From the NCBI GenBank assembly GCA_001938485.1, contig MQRK01249636.1, positions 1 through 64,000 of the forward strand: DNA of 64,000 nt, read 5' to 3'. This stretch comes from Girardia tigrina. Lineage: Eukaryota. How positions within the stretch are numbered: position 1 is the first letter of the stretch; the number at the start of each line of letters is the position of its first letter. A model generated the notes under the pieces. The model was given only the letters and a program-made list of their open reading frames with translations. It had not been told where the DNA came from and did not search any database. Positions 52,501 to 64,000 of the stretch are shown here, piece by piece. The translations under genes were made by a program, and so were the position numbers.

Positions 52501-55495
52501 GTTTGGCCAAGGCTTCGCAGATGGAAATTCGATCCATCATGTTTTTTGGTGTTAATTGGTGTGGAACCCAAACATCAAGTTTCTTTTTGAATTCTGCTTT
52601 GCCCAAATGGTTTAAAACCGTTTTGTGGTCGATCTTCAGTTTCTGTGCGATGCTACGACTACTAACATACCGGTCAACTTTGGTCATTGCCGAGATTTTA
52701 TCGACATTTTCAACTATAGTCCTGTCTGTGCGAGGTGCATCTTTAACATCGAAAATACCTCCACGGAATCGACAAAAACAAAATTGCGTGTAATTAGTTG
52801 TTACAATATTGGCACCATAAACACCATTCACAATATCGAATAAAAACTGTAAAATGTACTGAATTTTTTCTTTGTTGACTTCCATTTTTAACACCCTGTA
52901 ACTCAGAACTGAATAAAAAAAGCAAATTTTTTTGTGAAATTACTGTGAAATGTTACCTTGAGAAAGAGCATAAATTCGAAATTGTTTGATCGATAAATAA
53001 TGAATTAAAATAATGGATTACTTTTTCCCCAACCTAATATAATACACAAGAATCATTTATACTTTGTCTGTCTAAAACAGAGACCGCAATCATAATGGTA
53101 TTTGCAATTACCTTCAAATAACGTCTGGTTCGTCTTTTAGTTTGTTTTTAACCCTACAATGCGCCGTGATTCATATTTGAATCAACCATATTTTACCTCA
53201 ATATCTTTTAATCACGTGATATTCTTTGAGTGTTTACATACTGTGAACCAAAAGCATTGTCTATGGAATGATAACTGCCCATAAAGTCATAGATGCAATA
53301 TATTTTGTCAACAAAAATGACAGTTCAGATTGTAATACTGGCCGCGTGTTTTATGATAATTAAAAAAATTGCGCATTGTAGGGTTAAATGTCATTTAAAA
53401 CAAACTTTAAAAATATTATTAAAATGATTAAAATCGAATATTTATCACGATTTTAAAAGACGTTTATGGAAGAAAATGAGCGATGAGATCAACATAAAAA
53501 TAAAGGATTTTTTGCGTCTTTAATATCAACCATAAAATATTAAACAACTGAATTTAAACGCTGTCATACGAGCATTTTTGATGCTGAGTGTTTGAGGTGA
53601 ACTAAAATTTAATCAGTGTAAATGAGACCATCGGTCAAGAAATCGTCAATGAAAATCCCAATGAAATGATAATTGACGATAAACGAATTCCTATGCAAGA
53701 GATCAGTGAGGCTGTGCGCATTTACAGTGAACGAATACTCAGCCTTTTACATGAATATTTGGGAATGAGGAAGCTTTCTGTCAGATAGCTACCAGATGTG
53801 ATTGTCCGATCCCTTTGAAAGAACATTTAGTCATGTTTAACATTAATAAGACGAATTATTTACATCATTTTATAACTCCGAACATAATATTTACTCATCG
53901 TAACACACCAGAAATCAATGATCAGTCGTAACGGTGGAGGCTGAAGAAAGCAAAGGTGTTTTCATCGGTCACCAATTTCATTGATTTAGTTTAGAGACTC
54001 GAACATATTAATTCACATAGATTATCTTGAAACAGGAACACAATATTCATGAGAGTATATGATGCATTACTGTTGGAGCTTAAAGGATTTAAGATTTAGA
54101 GGATAAACGTTCATATTTGTCGAAGTACTTGTCCTTAATGTAAACGCATCGATGCACGAATAAACTATTTTAATGATATTATCGTATATATTATGCTACG
54201 AATCGATATTTCATTCTCTAGATATTCTTAATTTGGTCCCAATCAACAACTGTTTATTCCAAAGCTTGTTGAAATAGTTTTCTGCTAAAAGTTTTCGGTC
54301 GAATGAGGTCCTCATTGAAATAGAAATCCCTTTTGATTGCCATTTTACAACATTTTGGCGGAAATGAAACGCTACTGAGCCTTTATTCTCCAGAAAGTGA
54401 ACGTAAACCTTATGAATTAATGTTTCCTGAAGAAAAGACACGGAAAAACTGCGTTCGGTAACATAATCGAAAAACAAGTGGTAGTGGAATCCTCAGAACT
54501 ATCACAACTATATTCTGTACCTATATTCTGAACTCCTCATAGAATCATAAATGCAATAGATAAAAACGCTTTGTGTTTGTTTCCCAGCCACCTTCACTTA
54601 CAATCCTGACCGTGCTTCAAGTGACTTTTTTGTTAATTCGCTTGAAGCAACATTTTTTGGACTAATAATAAAGTTGAAAGAGTGTCTCAAGAGATGAGTG
54701 TACTGTTTCTGCATGTGAATCACTGTATGATATGGTGATTTTGAATAAAAGTAAATTTACCCATTCAACTACTTCATTTGCTTGGTATAAAAACAAAGTT
54801 TCATATATGTATTAGTCTAATGACTTTGTTTCCACTATACGAAAGGTATGATGTTTCTATTTTATGTTATATTAAATAATTTGACTGAGTAATGAAATTT
54901 CAAAAATAAGTTGTAATTTAATTTTTAATTTTTATTATATTTGTGTTTATTTAGAAATATAAAGCCTTTTTGATTTAAAACTGTCCCTATATAATCCCTC
55001 CGTATATATATATATATATATATTGCTACTTCAACAGACAGAATACCTGAAGGTATTCTATTAAAATCGAAACACTATGTGGAATTTTGTGATTTAATAA
55101 ATATTTGCAACACCAATATTTTCTTTTTTAAAACAAGAAATGTTTTTGTGAATCTATATTTTGTTTATTAAGTGTAAATATGTTAATTTATTTTAAATTT
55201 CAGTTATTATTGACCAAGAAGGGAATGTCTTGGGGAAATGTAGAAAAAATCATATTCCCAGAGTCGGGGATTTTAATGAGGTGTTATAATATTTTAATGC
55301 TTTGCTATAATAAAACTCATAAATAAAATAGTAAATAAAATAATAAAATACTTCTTTACTTTTCAGTCAACATATTATATGGAAGGAAATTTAGGAACTC
55401 CAGTTTTTGATACGATTTATGGTAACATTTTATTTTTTTTTGAATTTAGAATTCATATATATTAATAAAAATAAATACTACTACTACCTATTCAC

Positions 55496-55559
<64 letters not shown>

Positions 55560-58500
55560 NNNNNNNNNNNNNNNNNNNNNNNNNNNNNNNNNNNNNNNNN
55601 NNNNNNNNNATATATATATATATATATAATTAAAAAAACTTTAAAACATTCCTTGGTAAACTAAATTAAAATAAAAATAGGTTGTATTAATAATTTAGCC
55701 TAATCATTAATTTAGCCTTTGAAATAATTTAACTTTTGGTACTAATAATTTTAAAGGCATTTGTTGTCTGGATTGTTAATTTCACTTTTATTTAAAAAAA
55801 TTGCTAATCAGGAGTGTTTCATATCAGTGGAAGGTTTTTTAACATCCTTTTCAGCTTTGATTATTGAAAATTCTTTTTCAGTTAAATGAAATATTTCATG
55901 TTGAAAGGAGAAGTGATTTAAAACGTCCAAGACATTGATATCTATTACTTTTAAATTAAACATACAAATAATTACCGATTTTTCTAACAATTTATCGTTA
56001 TCGATTGTTAAATTAGCGATAATTTCTAACTGTTCCGAATGGCATATTTTACACCTTTCCAAAGAGAGAGTAACATTTTGAAAACTTTTTCAATCTATTT
56101 AGCGCATCGAATTACGTGAATTATTTTCATCAAAATGTCTTTCGATTTCTTTGAATTAGAGAAATATGAAATAAAACTGACAATAAACACAAATTGAATT
56201 TCGAATTCGAATAATTCATCAATAATTCGAATAAATCGTCTAAGACAGTCGACGAAAAAAAATGACAAATATTTGATTGTTTACTTAATTCGTATAATTA
56301 TTTGACGGAAATAAATTTAATGTTAATTTAATTTATTTTATTAAACGCGATTGATACCCACATTTTCAAAATTGAAATTAATTTAATCAAAATAAATAAC
56401 ACGTAATCCAAGTTTTAATATTCGCCCTTTTATTTTTACCACATCTGATCGTTTTAAATAATTATTTTCAGGAAATTGTTTTAATATTTTCTTTAATTAA
56501 TTGTGACAATTTTTTTACAGAAAAAAACCTTCACACACAAACACAACATGCAACATATCACCAATTAAATTACATTTATACACACAACACACATACCATA
56601 CATTTACATAACATATTACCAATCAGACAATTACATTCAACAATCAAAGTCAAGCACACCATTGGATAATTCAAAAACTCACAAGCAATTGATTTTTGAT
56701 TTTGGTGATTAATATTCACCAATTCAATTCAAATTAATATTGAAAACAATTATCCATTTACAAATGAATCCACACACTCCCATATGTTTTTTGATTAATT
56801 AGTTTAATTATTTATTTAAGTTACTTTAATTGAATTAATATATTTACATTTACTTTTAATTTAATACTTTATTTAATTTTTTAATTTTATTTATTTAATT
56901 TATTTTTTACTATAATATAATTACGAAAATGGGCTCAAGATAGTGACAAAGGAAATCAAAACGCGAACAAGGAGTTTAAACTATTAATGGTTATTCCATT
57001 TTTGTAATCTAAAAATATTTTGAGTTCTTCAACAAATATCAAGCTTCTTTTATTTAGGACCACAACCTTTATCAGTGACACAGCTAATAAATGTCTCTAC
57101 CACCAGAAAAAATATGTCTTTGACACTGGGTTTCATTTATTCAGTTAATGCGAAAGCTAAATAAATGTAAATGCAAAATTATTGTTAAGATTGAATTAAT
57201 GTAAAGGCCAAATTATTTTCTCTACCAAAAATAATAACATAATTTAACAAAATAAATAAGCTCAAATATTAAATTTAGTCATTGAAGGTGATATAATTCT
57301 TTATATCTGCTTTGCACTACCCGAATATTTTTTCAGAATACATCATGGGTTTTTCGCAACATTGCATCACCGTCATCAGTCAAGAATTATGTTTATAATG
57401 AAACTGGAAGCCGGTCAAGTAAATAAATATGAAACAAAACTATTTACATTTTAAACGAGACTCATTCTTCTACTATCCAAATTGAGACGTTTCCAAACCT
57501 CTGATGCTTAGTTTCAATAAATTTCGTTCCGAAATATCACCACCTTTTTCACTTTCTTTTCAAAATAATACCTAATTGAATTTATTAAAACATAATTACT
57601 GTTGAATAGTATTTAATGTATTATATTTATATTGTATTGTATAATAAAATAAATAAATTATAATATGATAATGTTTTGTAATATTCATTTGATGCTGCAA
57701 AATTTCAAATCCTTAATTTGTTTATTTTAGAATTATTATCAGCTCTATGTTTCCTTTCATTGTAATAATCTTTATTTTATTCTCTTAGAAAGTAAAAATA
57801 TTATAAACAACATCAATGCTGGTATTGAAAAATATAATTATTAAAATCAGAATCATCATGACAACTCTTAACACCACTTTCGTAATTATTTATTAAGGTA
57901 AATAAAAAGTTTTTAATGATTTTTATTTCTGCTAGATGTTCTTAGAACATCCTCGGAATTATGTTTACAAGTTATTTCCGACATTCAAATTTTTTTATAT
58001 CAGGTTGTTGCAAAAGCAATGCAGATATTTGAACCTCAACGTTAAACAAATGTAACTCAGCACAGAATAAACTTTATTAATCGAAATAAAAGCCATCAGA
58101 ATCAATACATTTTTGCCAACGAAAACAGGTTTATTGATGCCCCTAGTGTATAACTACTGAGTTCTGGATGCGATGAAAACGTAAAAGGCATCTTTTGTGT
58201 CACCTTGGTTTTTGAAGCATTTTTACTGGAGGAAGTTACCAAGATGCTTGAAAAATGGCAGTCGGTGAGTGAGAGATCCGGTCAGTAGAATGGATGAGGC
58301 AGAATTTTGTAGCCAAATTCATTTAGCTTTTGTAGGGTCAGTTTTGCGATGTGTGGCCAGGCTTTGTCGTGGAGGAGAATTGGCCCCTTCATATTGACCA
58401 TTCTCGGGCACATACGTCTGAGCTCGTGATGATTTTTGTCAATTTGTTGGAAGTTATTCTTTGCGGTGATTGTTTCAGCTGTATTCAGAAAGCTGTGATG

Positions 58501-58782
58501 GATGATACCGGCTGCAGATCATCAAACAGTCACCATAACCTTCTTTTGGTGAGTTTCGGTTTCGGAAAGGGGTTAGGAGCCCCATTGTGCCGAACGTCGC
58601 CGATTGAATAGAGAATTCACTTCACAATGGGTCGTTCTTGTTGCACAGAAGAAGCGCGGAAGAAACATCAAAATGACATTTTTTTTGACTTTCGTTCAAT
58701 TTGTGAAGCATTAATTTATCGAAGTTTTTCGACTTTCCTATTTGCTTCAAGTGCCGAGTGACGGTTGAGGGTCAACGTTAAG

Positions 58783-58825
<43 letters not shown>

Positions 58826-61800
58826 CAATATCGATTTTTCTTTATTTTGGAGATTGAATGTGTAATTTAAACGGACAGATAACTTTGCCTTTTGGCTATG
58901 TTTTTAACGTGGAATATTTTATATAGAATATAACATTTGGAGCCATTTATGAACCATGGCATGAATTGATGAGAATATTTCAAAGTTGTGGAAAAAATAT
59001 TGGAACGATGTTTTGGAAAATAATCACTAATGAACACGGAATCAAACCGACCACTGGTGTTTACGAAGGCGACAGTGATTTGCAATTACCGAGAATTTAC
59101 GTTTACTTTACTTCTGGAATTCATGGAAAATGTGTCCCAATCAGCGTTATAGTTTAATTGAATAGTACCACTCTCGATTATGTACTGAATTCGAACCTTG
59201 TGAAATTCTTTCAACCCGATTATTTCATCGGAGGTTCCTCAAGTGCTTCTAAGAATTGCGAAAGACATATGGCCCTCTTCAGGGCCAAAATTCGTGATTG
59301 GAAAGTGGAGACGGATTGGACAAAAACAGTATATATCTTTTTCTTTTAGAATTTCTGATCTTTTTTTATTTTCTGAATCTTTTCCCTTTTTAAATGAAAG
59401 ATTTGTTTGATAGAGAAACACAATGGTTTTATTTTAATAAATCATTTTCGTTGGAATTTTTTTTGCATTTGCTCTTATCGATCAAGTTTAATCGATGTAC
59501 TCTGATCACAACAATCGGCGGTTTTCTTTTCCTCCGAACTTAAATTTTAAATTGAACGCGGTACCCAATAATCCACTCATGAATATAAAACGATCGAACC
59601 AGCGGTCAAAACAACCGATGACAATACCCATCACTATCGAACCCGGTACCACCCAGGTGAAAATATTGTTCGGGAGGCTTGATTGGCCCCATCTTTTAGC
59701 CATCAAGCCCGATAATTGATTTTTAATAAAATTTTCAAATCATTATTTAAAATAATGCCAAATAATTAAAACCATAAATCAGCTAGAAGATTTGGAGCGA
59801 CACCATTCCAGAACTAACATACACATATAAAACATATAACCCACAATATTTAAAAATATTTCTCTCATGTAAAATTAAAATAAGAAATATTTGTTTCTGA
59901 AACTTTCAACATTATTTTGTTATTTATTTGTCATATTCTGCAGGTAAGATAGGAGTTAATATATGTTATGGTCGGCATCATCCTTTGAGTTGGTTACTTC
60001 TTGGATTGAAGGGTGCCCAAATCGTTTTCAATCCATGTGCAACAGTTGATGGATTAAGGTAAGATTTATTTCCTTTAGTCTTCACAACATAAAGTCCAGC
60101 TTTTTTGTTTTCAAGTTTAATATTCTATTTCAAATTTGAGAATTGCGGAATGAGTTTTCTTTGATTTTTTTCTCTAATTTCGAAGTTAATAACATGGTAA
60201 ATAATATGTCAAATAAATATGCCATAATCTGTGCTTATATTTACTTTCAAAAGATAGCTTAGTTTTCTAGTATGTAACGACTAATGGAATAACGACTGTT
60301 GGAATTAATTCAGTACGTTTATTAAGAGACAAAGAACGATTTATTTATTTAAATTTAAATATACAAATACATTACTAACAATATTTTCCATTGCTTGCTA
60401 CTACTTTTTTCAATCTATCGTGAAGGACATGAATGCCCCGTCGAAAATACGTTTCGTCCACAGAGGTAAGAATAAATCCGATTTTGCCATTCTTCGTAAG
60501 AAGTACATTTCTCCACCGACAAAAGAATGAGCCATTGACTGAACAGATAATAATCTGAATGACCAACCTGGAAAATACGGCTGTTGGGTTACGACTTCTC
60601 ATTTAAGTGCTTGGAAGTAAGTATTCACTGATTTCGTAACGTTCATTTTAGAATTATCGTGCAGAAAAATTATTTTTTTTGTACCTTTCACTTCATTCCG
60701 GCCGTTTCTCCTTCAATAATCGTAAAATATATAGAATATAAAATATTTAGTAATTTTTTACATTAAGTATCAAGTTAATAATTCATTGATATTATCAAAG
60801 AAAATTCATTCGTTTTTCCATAATTTCAATTATAAATGGGATTTGATTTATAGTTTAAAAGACTGAACCGAACTGATTCGATATTTTTTTAGTAATCAAA
60901 TAATTCTATTAGAACTCTGTTCAATCATAAAGCGTTGTACTCTTATGATTAAATTAAAATGAAAGAGGAACTATTCTTAAGATGCCTCTAAAATTGTGTT
61001 AACATTATCAAATGTATCAACGAAACGTTCAATAAAATAACCATTTAAATATATTTGATTAAGAGAATATTGAAATATTATTCCAGATCGACAAAGGTTT
61101 GGGCCAATAACGACTACAACAAAAATGCGATAATTTCTATTAAGATTTTGAATAACAATGATCTTAGTTTAACCCTTTCCAGCCCAAATTATTATTTAAG
61201 CAAAATATTGGAGCATTGAATATCCGTTACAATGTTGATTTAAATTGCTAAGAAACAAGTGAGAATCGTGTTTTTTTGCATTCTAATATATGTAGTGTCA
61301 TCTATTAGGTTGGTCGAAAAATAATGGCGGTTTTGGGACACAAACTTCAAACACGTGCAAATTCACAGAAACAAAAGTTTATTAATCAAAGTATGAACCG
61401 TTGGCATCAATATATTTTTGCCAACGAGAAACAAGTTGTTTTATTCCATCAGCATAAAATGCATCGGTTCTCGAAGCGACGAATTTTTGGCAGGCATTTT
61501 GAGCATCATTTTGGTTTTTGAAAATTTTTTCACGTAGGAAGTTGTACAAATGCCTGAAAAAGTAGAAGTCCGTTTGTGAGAGGTCTGGTGAATATGGTGG
61601 ATGAAGCAGGGTTTCATAGCCCAACTTATTAAGCTTTTGAAGAGTCACTTTTGAAATATGAGGTCTAGCGTTATCATGAAGAAGGATGGGACTTTTNNNN
61701 NNNNNNNNNNNNNNNNNNNNNNNNNNNNNNNNNNNNNNNNNNNNNNNNNNNNNNNNNNNNNNNNNNNNNNNNNNNNNNNNNNNNNNNNNNNNNNNNNNNN

Positions 61801-63355
61801 NNNNNNNNNNNNNNNNNNNNNNNNNNNNNNNNNNNNNNNNNNNNNNNNNNNNNNNNNNNNNNNNNNNNNNNNNNNNNNNNNNNNNNNNNNNNNNNNNNNN
61901 NNTGCAGATCGACGTCGGTTATCATACAGGATCCATTTCTCATCACAGGTAACAATACGATCAAGAAATGGATCGTTTTTATTGCGAAGATGATTGGTAG
62001 AACAAATTTCATAGCGTCGGTACTTTTAATTTTCATTCAAATCATGTGGAACCCATTTATCAAGTTTCTTGATTTTTCAAAGAAAGCCCAACCTATCTGC
62101 AAGTTCTCTGATTATTGTACGGGGATCTGTTTCCACCATTGTCCTCAAATTGTCGTTGTTCACAGCAACTGGACGACAACGACCTTCTTCATCTTCAAGG
62201 TTTTCATCTCCATCAGAAAATTTTCGGAACCATNNNNNNNNNNNNNNNNNNNNNNNNNNNNNNNNNNNNNNNNNNNNNNNNNNNNNNNNNNNNNNNNNNN
62301 NNNNNNNNNNNNNNNNNNNNNNNNNNNNNNNNNNNNNNNNNNNNNNNNNNNNCGTAAATATTCTAAAAAATAACAGCAATATGTTAATAATGGCTATAGG
62401 AATATACAGCTAGGCATAAGATTTCATATAATATCTAACACTAATGCATTTAAACTTATATACATATCAAAATAGATAAACAAAGTATAAAGCTCAAAAA
62501 CCGCCATTATTTTTCGACCAACCTAATATTAGACTTTTTAGAAACTATTACTATGTGTAAAATTTAAATTTGGTAAAAGAGATAACTGTAATTTAATTTT
62601 TCAAATATGTTGACATATGGCATCAATGGGCTGGAAAGGGTTAAAAATTATCATTGCGAAAGTTGGAGACATTTATATCATTATCACAGCATTTACAATA
62701 ATTTAATCGTTTCGTTTAATTTTATTAATTTTTAAAAATCATTACATATTAAAAAAATCCGACATTTTAATTTATTTATTTTATTTTAAACTGTCTAAAA
62801 AATTTCTTAATTCCTAACAGTTTAATTATATCATAATTTTTAAAATTTCTTTTACAAACTTTACATGTATAAATTTATCTAAATTTTAATTAATATATAT
62901 TTAATTTAAAATTATTTCAAAATTTTTCCTAACATTTTCCAAATTTCCCAAAAAAACAATTTAAACATTTTAAAATAATTTTAAGTTGATGTTACTAACA
63001 ATTGATAGTAAGATGAGTCGTTAAAGTAATACTTAATAACAGCTAATTTGAGATAAATTCATTTCGGAAGACAAAAGCATAAAAATATAATAACCACGCT
63101 ATCTTTCGTAAAACGCTATGAATTAATTCCAATACGTAATATTTCCAAAGCTTGGTAGTTAATAATATAAAAATAAAGTTATAATTATCTTTTACGAAGA
63201 TTTTCTGTTTCGTATTTTTTGTGTTTTGACAATATTCAATTGCTAATAAATAACGAATTCTTTATCAATGCAGTGAGTCAATATGGCCTATTGAAGCAAG
63301 AAACGCTGCAATTGCAAACAGTTACTTTACGGTGGCCATTAATAGGGTTGGAACG
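31972..63355 (+). CDS. UPB1: Beta-ureidopropionase (nitrilase family), exons 1-9; gene continues past window end
   Basis: Exons 31972-32069, 32116-32287, 37615-37702, 43565-43659, 51128-51206, 55204-55280, 55367-55421, 59944-60058, 63274-63355. All introns GT-AG and phase-consistent, no stops. Catalytic E (CFQE), K (RKNHIP) and C (NICYGRHH) present. Confidence 0.95.
32116..32287 (+). CDS. UPB1: UPB1 exon 2 (KLNIDQQ...[21 protein letters not shown])
   Basis: 172 nt, bounded by tag| and |gtt. Confidence 0.92.
32404..32960 (-). mobile_element. Highly degenerate mariner relic
   Basis: atcaggt...-type terminus and [14 protein letters not shown] motif remnant (ORF 32492-32704). Confidence 0.5.
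33700..34110 (+). mobile_element. Penelope-like GIY-YIG endonuclease relic
   Basis: [25 protein letters not shown] matches the PLE pattern C..C...YIGET.RHL.TRI.EH. A related relic [29 protein letters not shown] lies at ~40420-40507. Confidence 0.7.
35115..35368. repeat. Diverged tandem repeat, period ~156 bp
   Basis: gatataacgattatcgaagg...ccggtacataaa recurs as gataaaacgattattgaagg...ccagtacataaa. Part of the unit recurs at ~39838-39895. Confidence 0.75.
35875..36300 (-). mobile_element. MULE (Mutator-like) transposase C-terminus and element end
   Basis: Minus strand [18 protein letters not shown]...[15 protein letters not shown]...[15 protein letters not shown] (TNNxxEGWH-type motif). Subterminal acaattcgtcg repeats at ~35898-35925. 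Confidence 0.75.
37175..37399. mobile_element. Mariner-derived MITE (~225 bp)
   Basis: ~34-bp TIR ttgggttgaggaataagttcccgccgttttttgaa / ttcaaaaaacggcgggaacttattcctcaacctaa with TA flanks. Confidence 0.9.
37615..37702 (+). CDS. UPB1: UPB1 exon 3 ([29 protein letters not shown])
   Basis: 88 nt; catalytic Glu; donor gtaagt. Confidence 0.93.
38712..39512 (+). mobile_element. Putative non-autonomous Helentron/DINE-like element with (CAGACAAA)n tract
   Basis: Short inverted pair accacgttttt (38713-38723) / aaaaacgtggt (39500-39510) with a microsatellite at 39435-39485 near the 3' end. The middle is a gap and the class is inferred. Confidence 0.45.
42565..43250 (+). mobile_element. Degenerate mariner relic
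   Basis: tacgtggtgtattcaataag terminus-like sequence. [16 protein letters not shown] start and RKVCSRFYPHFL (WVPH-like) remnant. Confidence 0.55.
43565..43659 (+). CDS. UPB1: UPB1 exon 4 ([32 protein letters not shown])
   Basis: 95 nt; contains the conserved [13 protein letters not shown] motif. Confidence 0.95.
43775..44290 (-). mobile_element. 3' end of a Penelope-like element (GIY-YIG relic) ending in a degenerate hammerhead (43775-43815)
   Basis: Minus strand [14 protein letters not shown]...RHL...IQEH...[20 protein letters not shown], then agt-CTGATGA-t-GAAG..CGTC-GAAA-TTGA-TT-ac. Confidence 0.75.
45900..47700 (+). mobile_element. Penelope-like retroelement (RT + GIY-YIG), degenerate, with 3' hammerhead relic at 47608-47643
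   Basis: [42 protein letters not shown] and TRYVND; YIGET...HLRTRVAEH; then tac-CTGAAGA-t-GCCT(gtga)AGGT-aAAA-CATG-TA-gtc. Confidence 0.88.
47376..47584. mobile_element. Tc1/pogo-type MITE inserted in the PLE 3' region
   Basis: TIR ccgcgtttttccgtgtataagaccccc / gggggatcttatacacggaaaaatacgg with TA flanks. Confidence 0.85.
47795..50610. repeat. Long diverged inverted repeat (~47795-48200 vs ~50170-50610); third copy at ~41878-41990
   Basis: Shared tgtgaggaatg...tctccctacccagatgga...ttttaaagtaaaaagatttaaaat...aaaactcatattga in opposite orientations. Confidence 0.75.
49582..49686. mobile_element. ~105-bp hairpin/MITE
   Basis: ctccatcatcagcagttataatttaatattt pairs with aaatattaaattataattgctgattatggag. 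Confidence 0.65.
51128..51206 (+). CDS. UPB1: UPB1 exon 5 ([26 protein letters not shown])
   Basis: 79 nt; acceptor ttttcag. Confidence 0.93.
51813..53037 (-). mobile_element. Mariner DD34D, mellifera-subfamily-like, near full-length
   Basis: TIR ttgggttggggaaaaagaaatccattattt / aaataatggattactttttccccaacctaa with TA flanks. [35 protein letters not shown] and [11 protein letters not shown]. Confidence 0.95.
53152..53383. mobile_element. piggyBac-type MITE (232 bp)
   Basis: TTAA-ccctacaatgcgc ... gcgcattgtaggg-TTAA. Confidence 0.88.
53570..54200 (+). mobile_element. Degenerate mariner relic
   Basis: [15 protein letters not shown] (WVP motif remnant) at ~53746-53795. Confidence 0.55.
55204..55280 (+). 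CDS. UPB1: UPB1 exon 6 ([26 protein letters not shown])
   Basis: 77 nt; catalytic Lys. Confidence 0.95.
55367..55421 (+). CDS. UPB1: UPB1 exon 7 ([18 protein letters not shown])
   Basis: 55 nt after an 86-nt intron. Confidence 0.93.
58000..58785 (-). mobile_element. Mariner family B, 5'-truncated
   Basis: TIR tcaggttgttgcaaaagcaatgcag. Colinear with ~16578-17386 and ends at a (TA)n tract. Confidence 0.88.
58956..59260 (+). pseudogene. Beta-tubulin N-terminal pseudogene fragment
   Basis: [41 protein letters not shown]...[11 protein letters not shown]...[16 protein letters not shown] aligns with beta-tubulin residues ~1-100. Has an in-frame stop and a start frameshift. Confidence 0.85.
59944..60058 (+). 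CDS. UPB1: UPB1 exon 8 ([38 protein letters not shown])
   Basis: 115 nt; catalytic Cys; donor gtaaga. Confidence 0.95.
60311..60620 (-). mobile_element. Mariner 3' fragment
   Basis: [23 protein letters not shown] resembles a mariner transposase C-terminus. Confidence 0.6.
61173..62640. mobile_element. piggyBac-type MITE (~245 bp) split by a mariner insertion
   Basis: TTAA-ccctttccagccca ... tgggctggaaaggg-TTAA. Confidence 0.85.
61305..62526 (-). mobile_element. Mariner family A, second full-length copy
   Basis: Same TIRs as 4452-5820, TA on both sides, and close sequence match to that copy. Confidence 0.95.
63274..63355 (+). CDS. UPB1: UPB1 exon 9 ([28 protein letters not shown])
   Basis: 82 nt; donor gtatgt. 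Confidence 0.95.
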
Positions 63356-64000
63356 GTATGTTTATCCTATGAATCAAATGTTACATTTTATGATTTTTAC
63401 GAAAGTTATTTTGAAAATTAAATAAAATATCTGTCAATGTTCTATCAAATATTGATTGACCAATGTTCAATAATATATATATATATATATTATTTATCAA
63501 CAAAATATTATTTATCAAAAATTATTCAGAAATACAATTAAAAAAGCAAAATTTTATAAAAGTAAAAATATATTTTATCAATTATATTTTTGGAAAAAAT
63601 TCATTAAATTCTTTCGCAAATTTCGGTTTGTTTTATCGGATTAAATAAAATTTTATATATTAATACATCAAAACTCTCTATAAAAAGTCTTTAATTGACC
63701 AATTCACAAGAACTTCAGTGACAACGGAAGCTGACACAAGATGACATTTATATAACGCGAACAACAATGTAATAGATTCATTTATAAATAAATGTTTTTA
63801 TTTCGTCTTCCTTTTAAATGTATCATAGTCTATAATGTCAGTGAATTGTCTCGGAAATTCAACAGATTTGAACGAATGTGGACAATTAGTCCGGACCTAA
63901 AAAGGTTGATTTTTACTTCATCGCTGTCAATTAGCCACATCGTTCCCCTTTGCTTGATGAAACACATCCACTTGATAAAATGGTATCAAAAGTGTCGTGT

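Overview
AT-rich animal genomic DNA from a gapped draft assembly. It is not prokaryotic: it has spliceosomal GT-AG introns, (TA)n tracts and dense transposon relics. Composition and TE content are compatible with a triclad planarian (inference only). Two host genes diverge head-to-head. (1) On the minus strand is a C2H2 zinc-finger gene resembling the ZFP91/ZNF692/ZNF653 group, with a ~3.6 kb exon (22747-26389) and, by my reading, two small downstream exons (11229-11390, 10814-10872) after an 11 kb intron. (2) On the plus strand is a beta-ureidopropionase (UPB1) gene, largely invisible to the ORF track. Nine phase-consistent exons lie between 31972 and 63355, and the gene continues past the window end. 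Introns and intergenic space hold nested TEs: several mariner families, Tc1/maT, Merlin, MULE, piggyBac-type and Tc1-type MITEs, three Ty3/gypsy relics, and Penelope-like elements (PLEs). There is also a beta-tubulin pseudogene fragment. The most notable observations are a set of minimal type I hammerhead ribozyme motifs (one intact at 6239-6279), an IR/DR Tc1-type transposon with a 46-nt intron in its catalytic domain, and a chimeric double-gag LTR element between the two genes. I see no convincing wholly new biological system; these are candidates to test.
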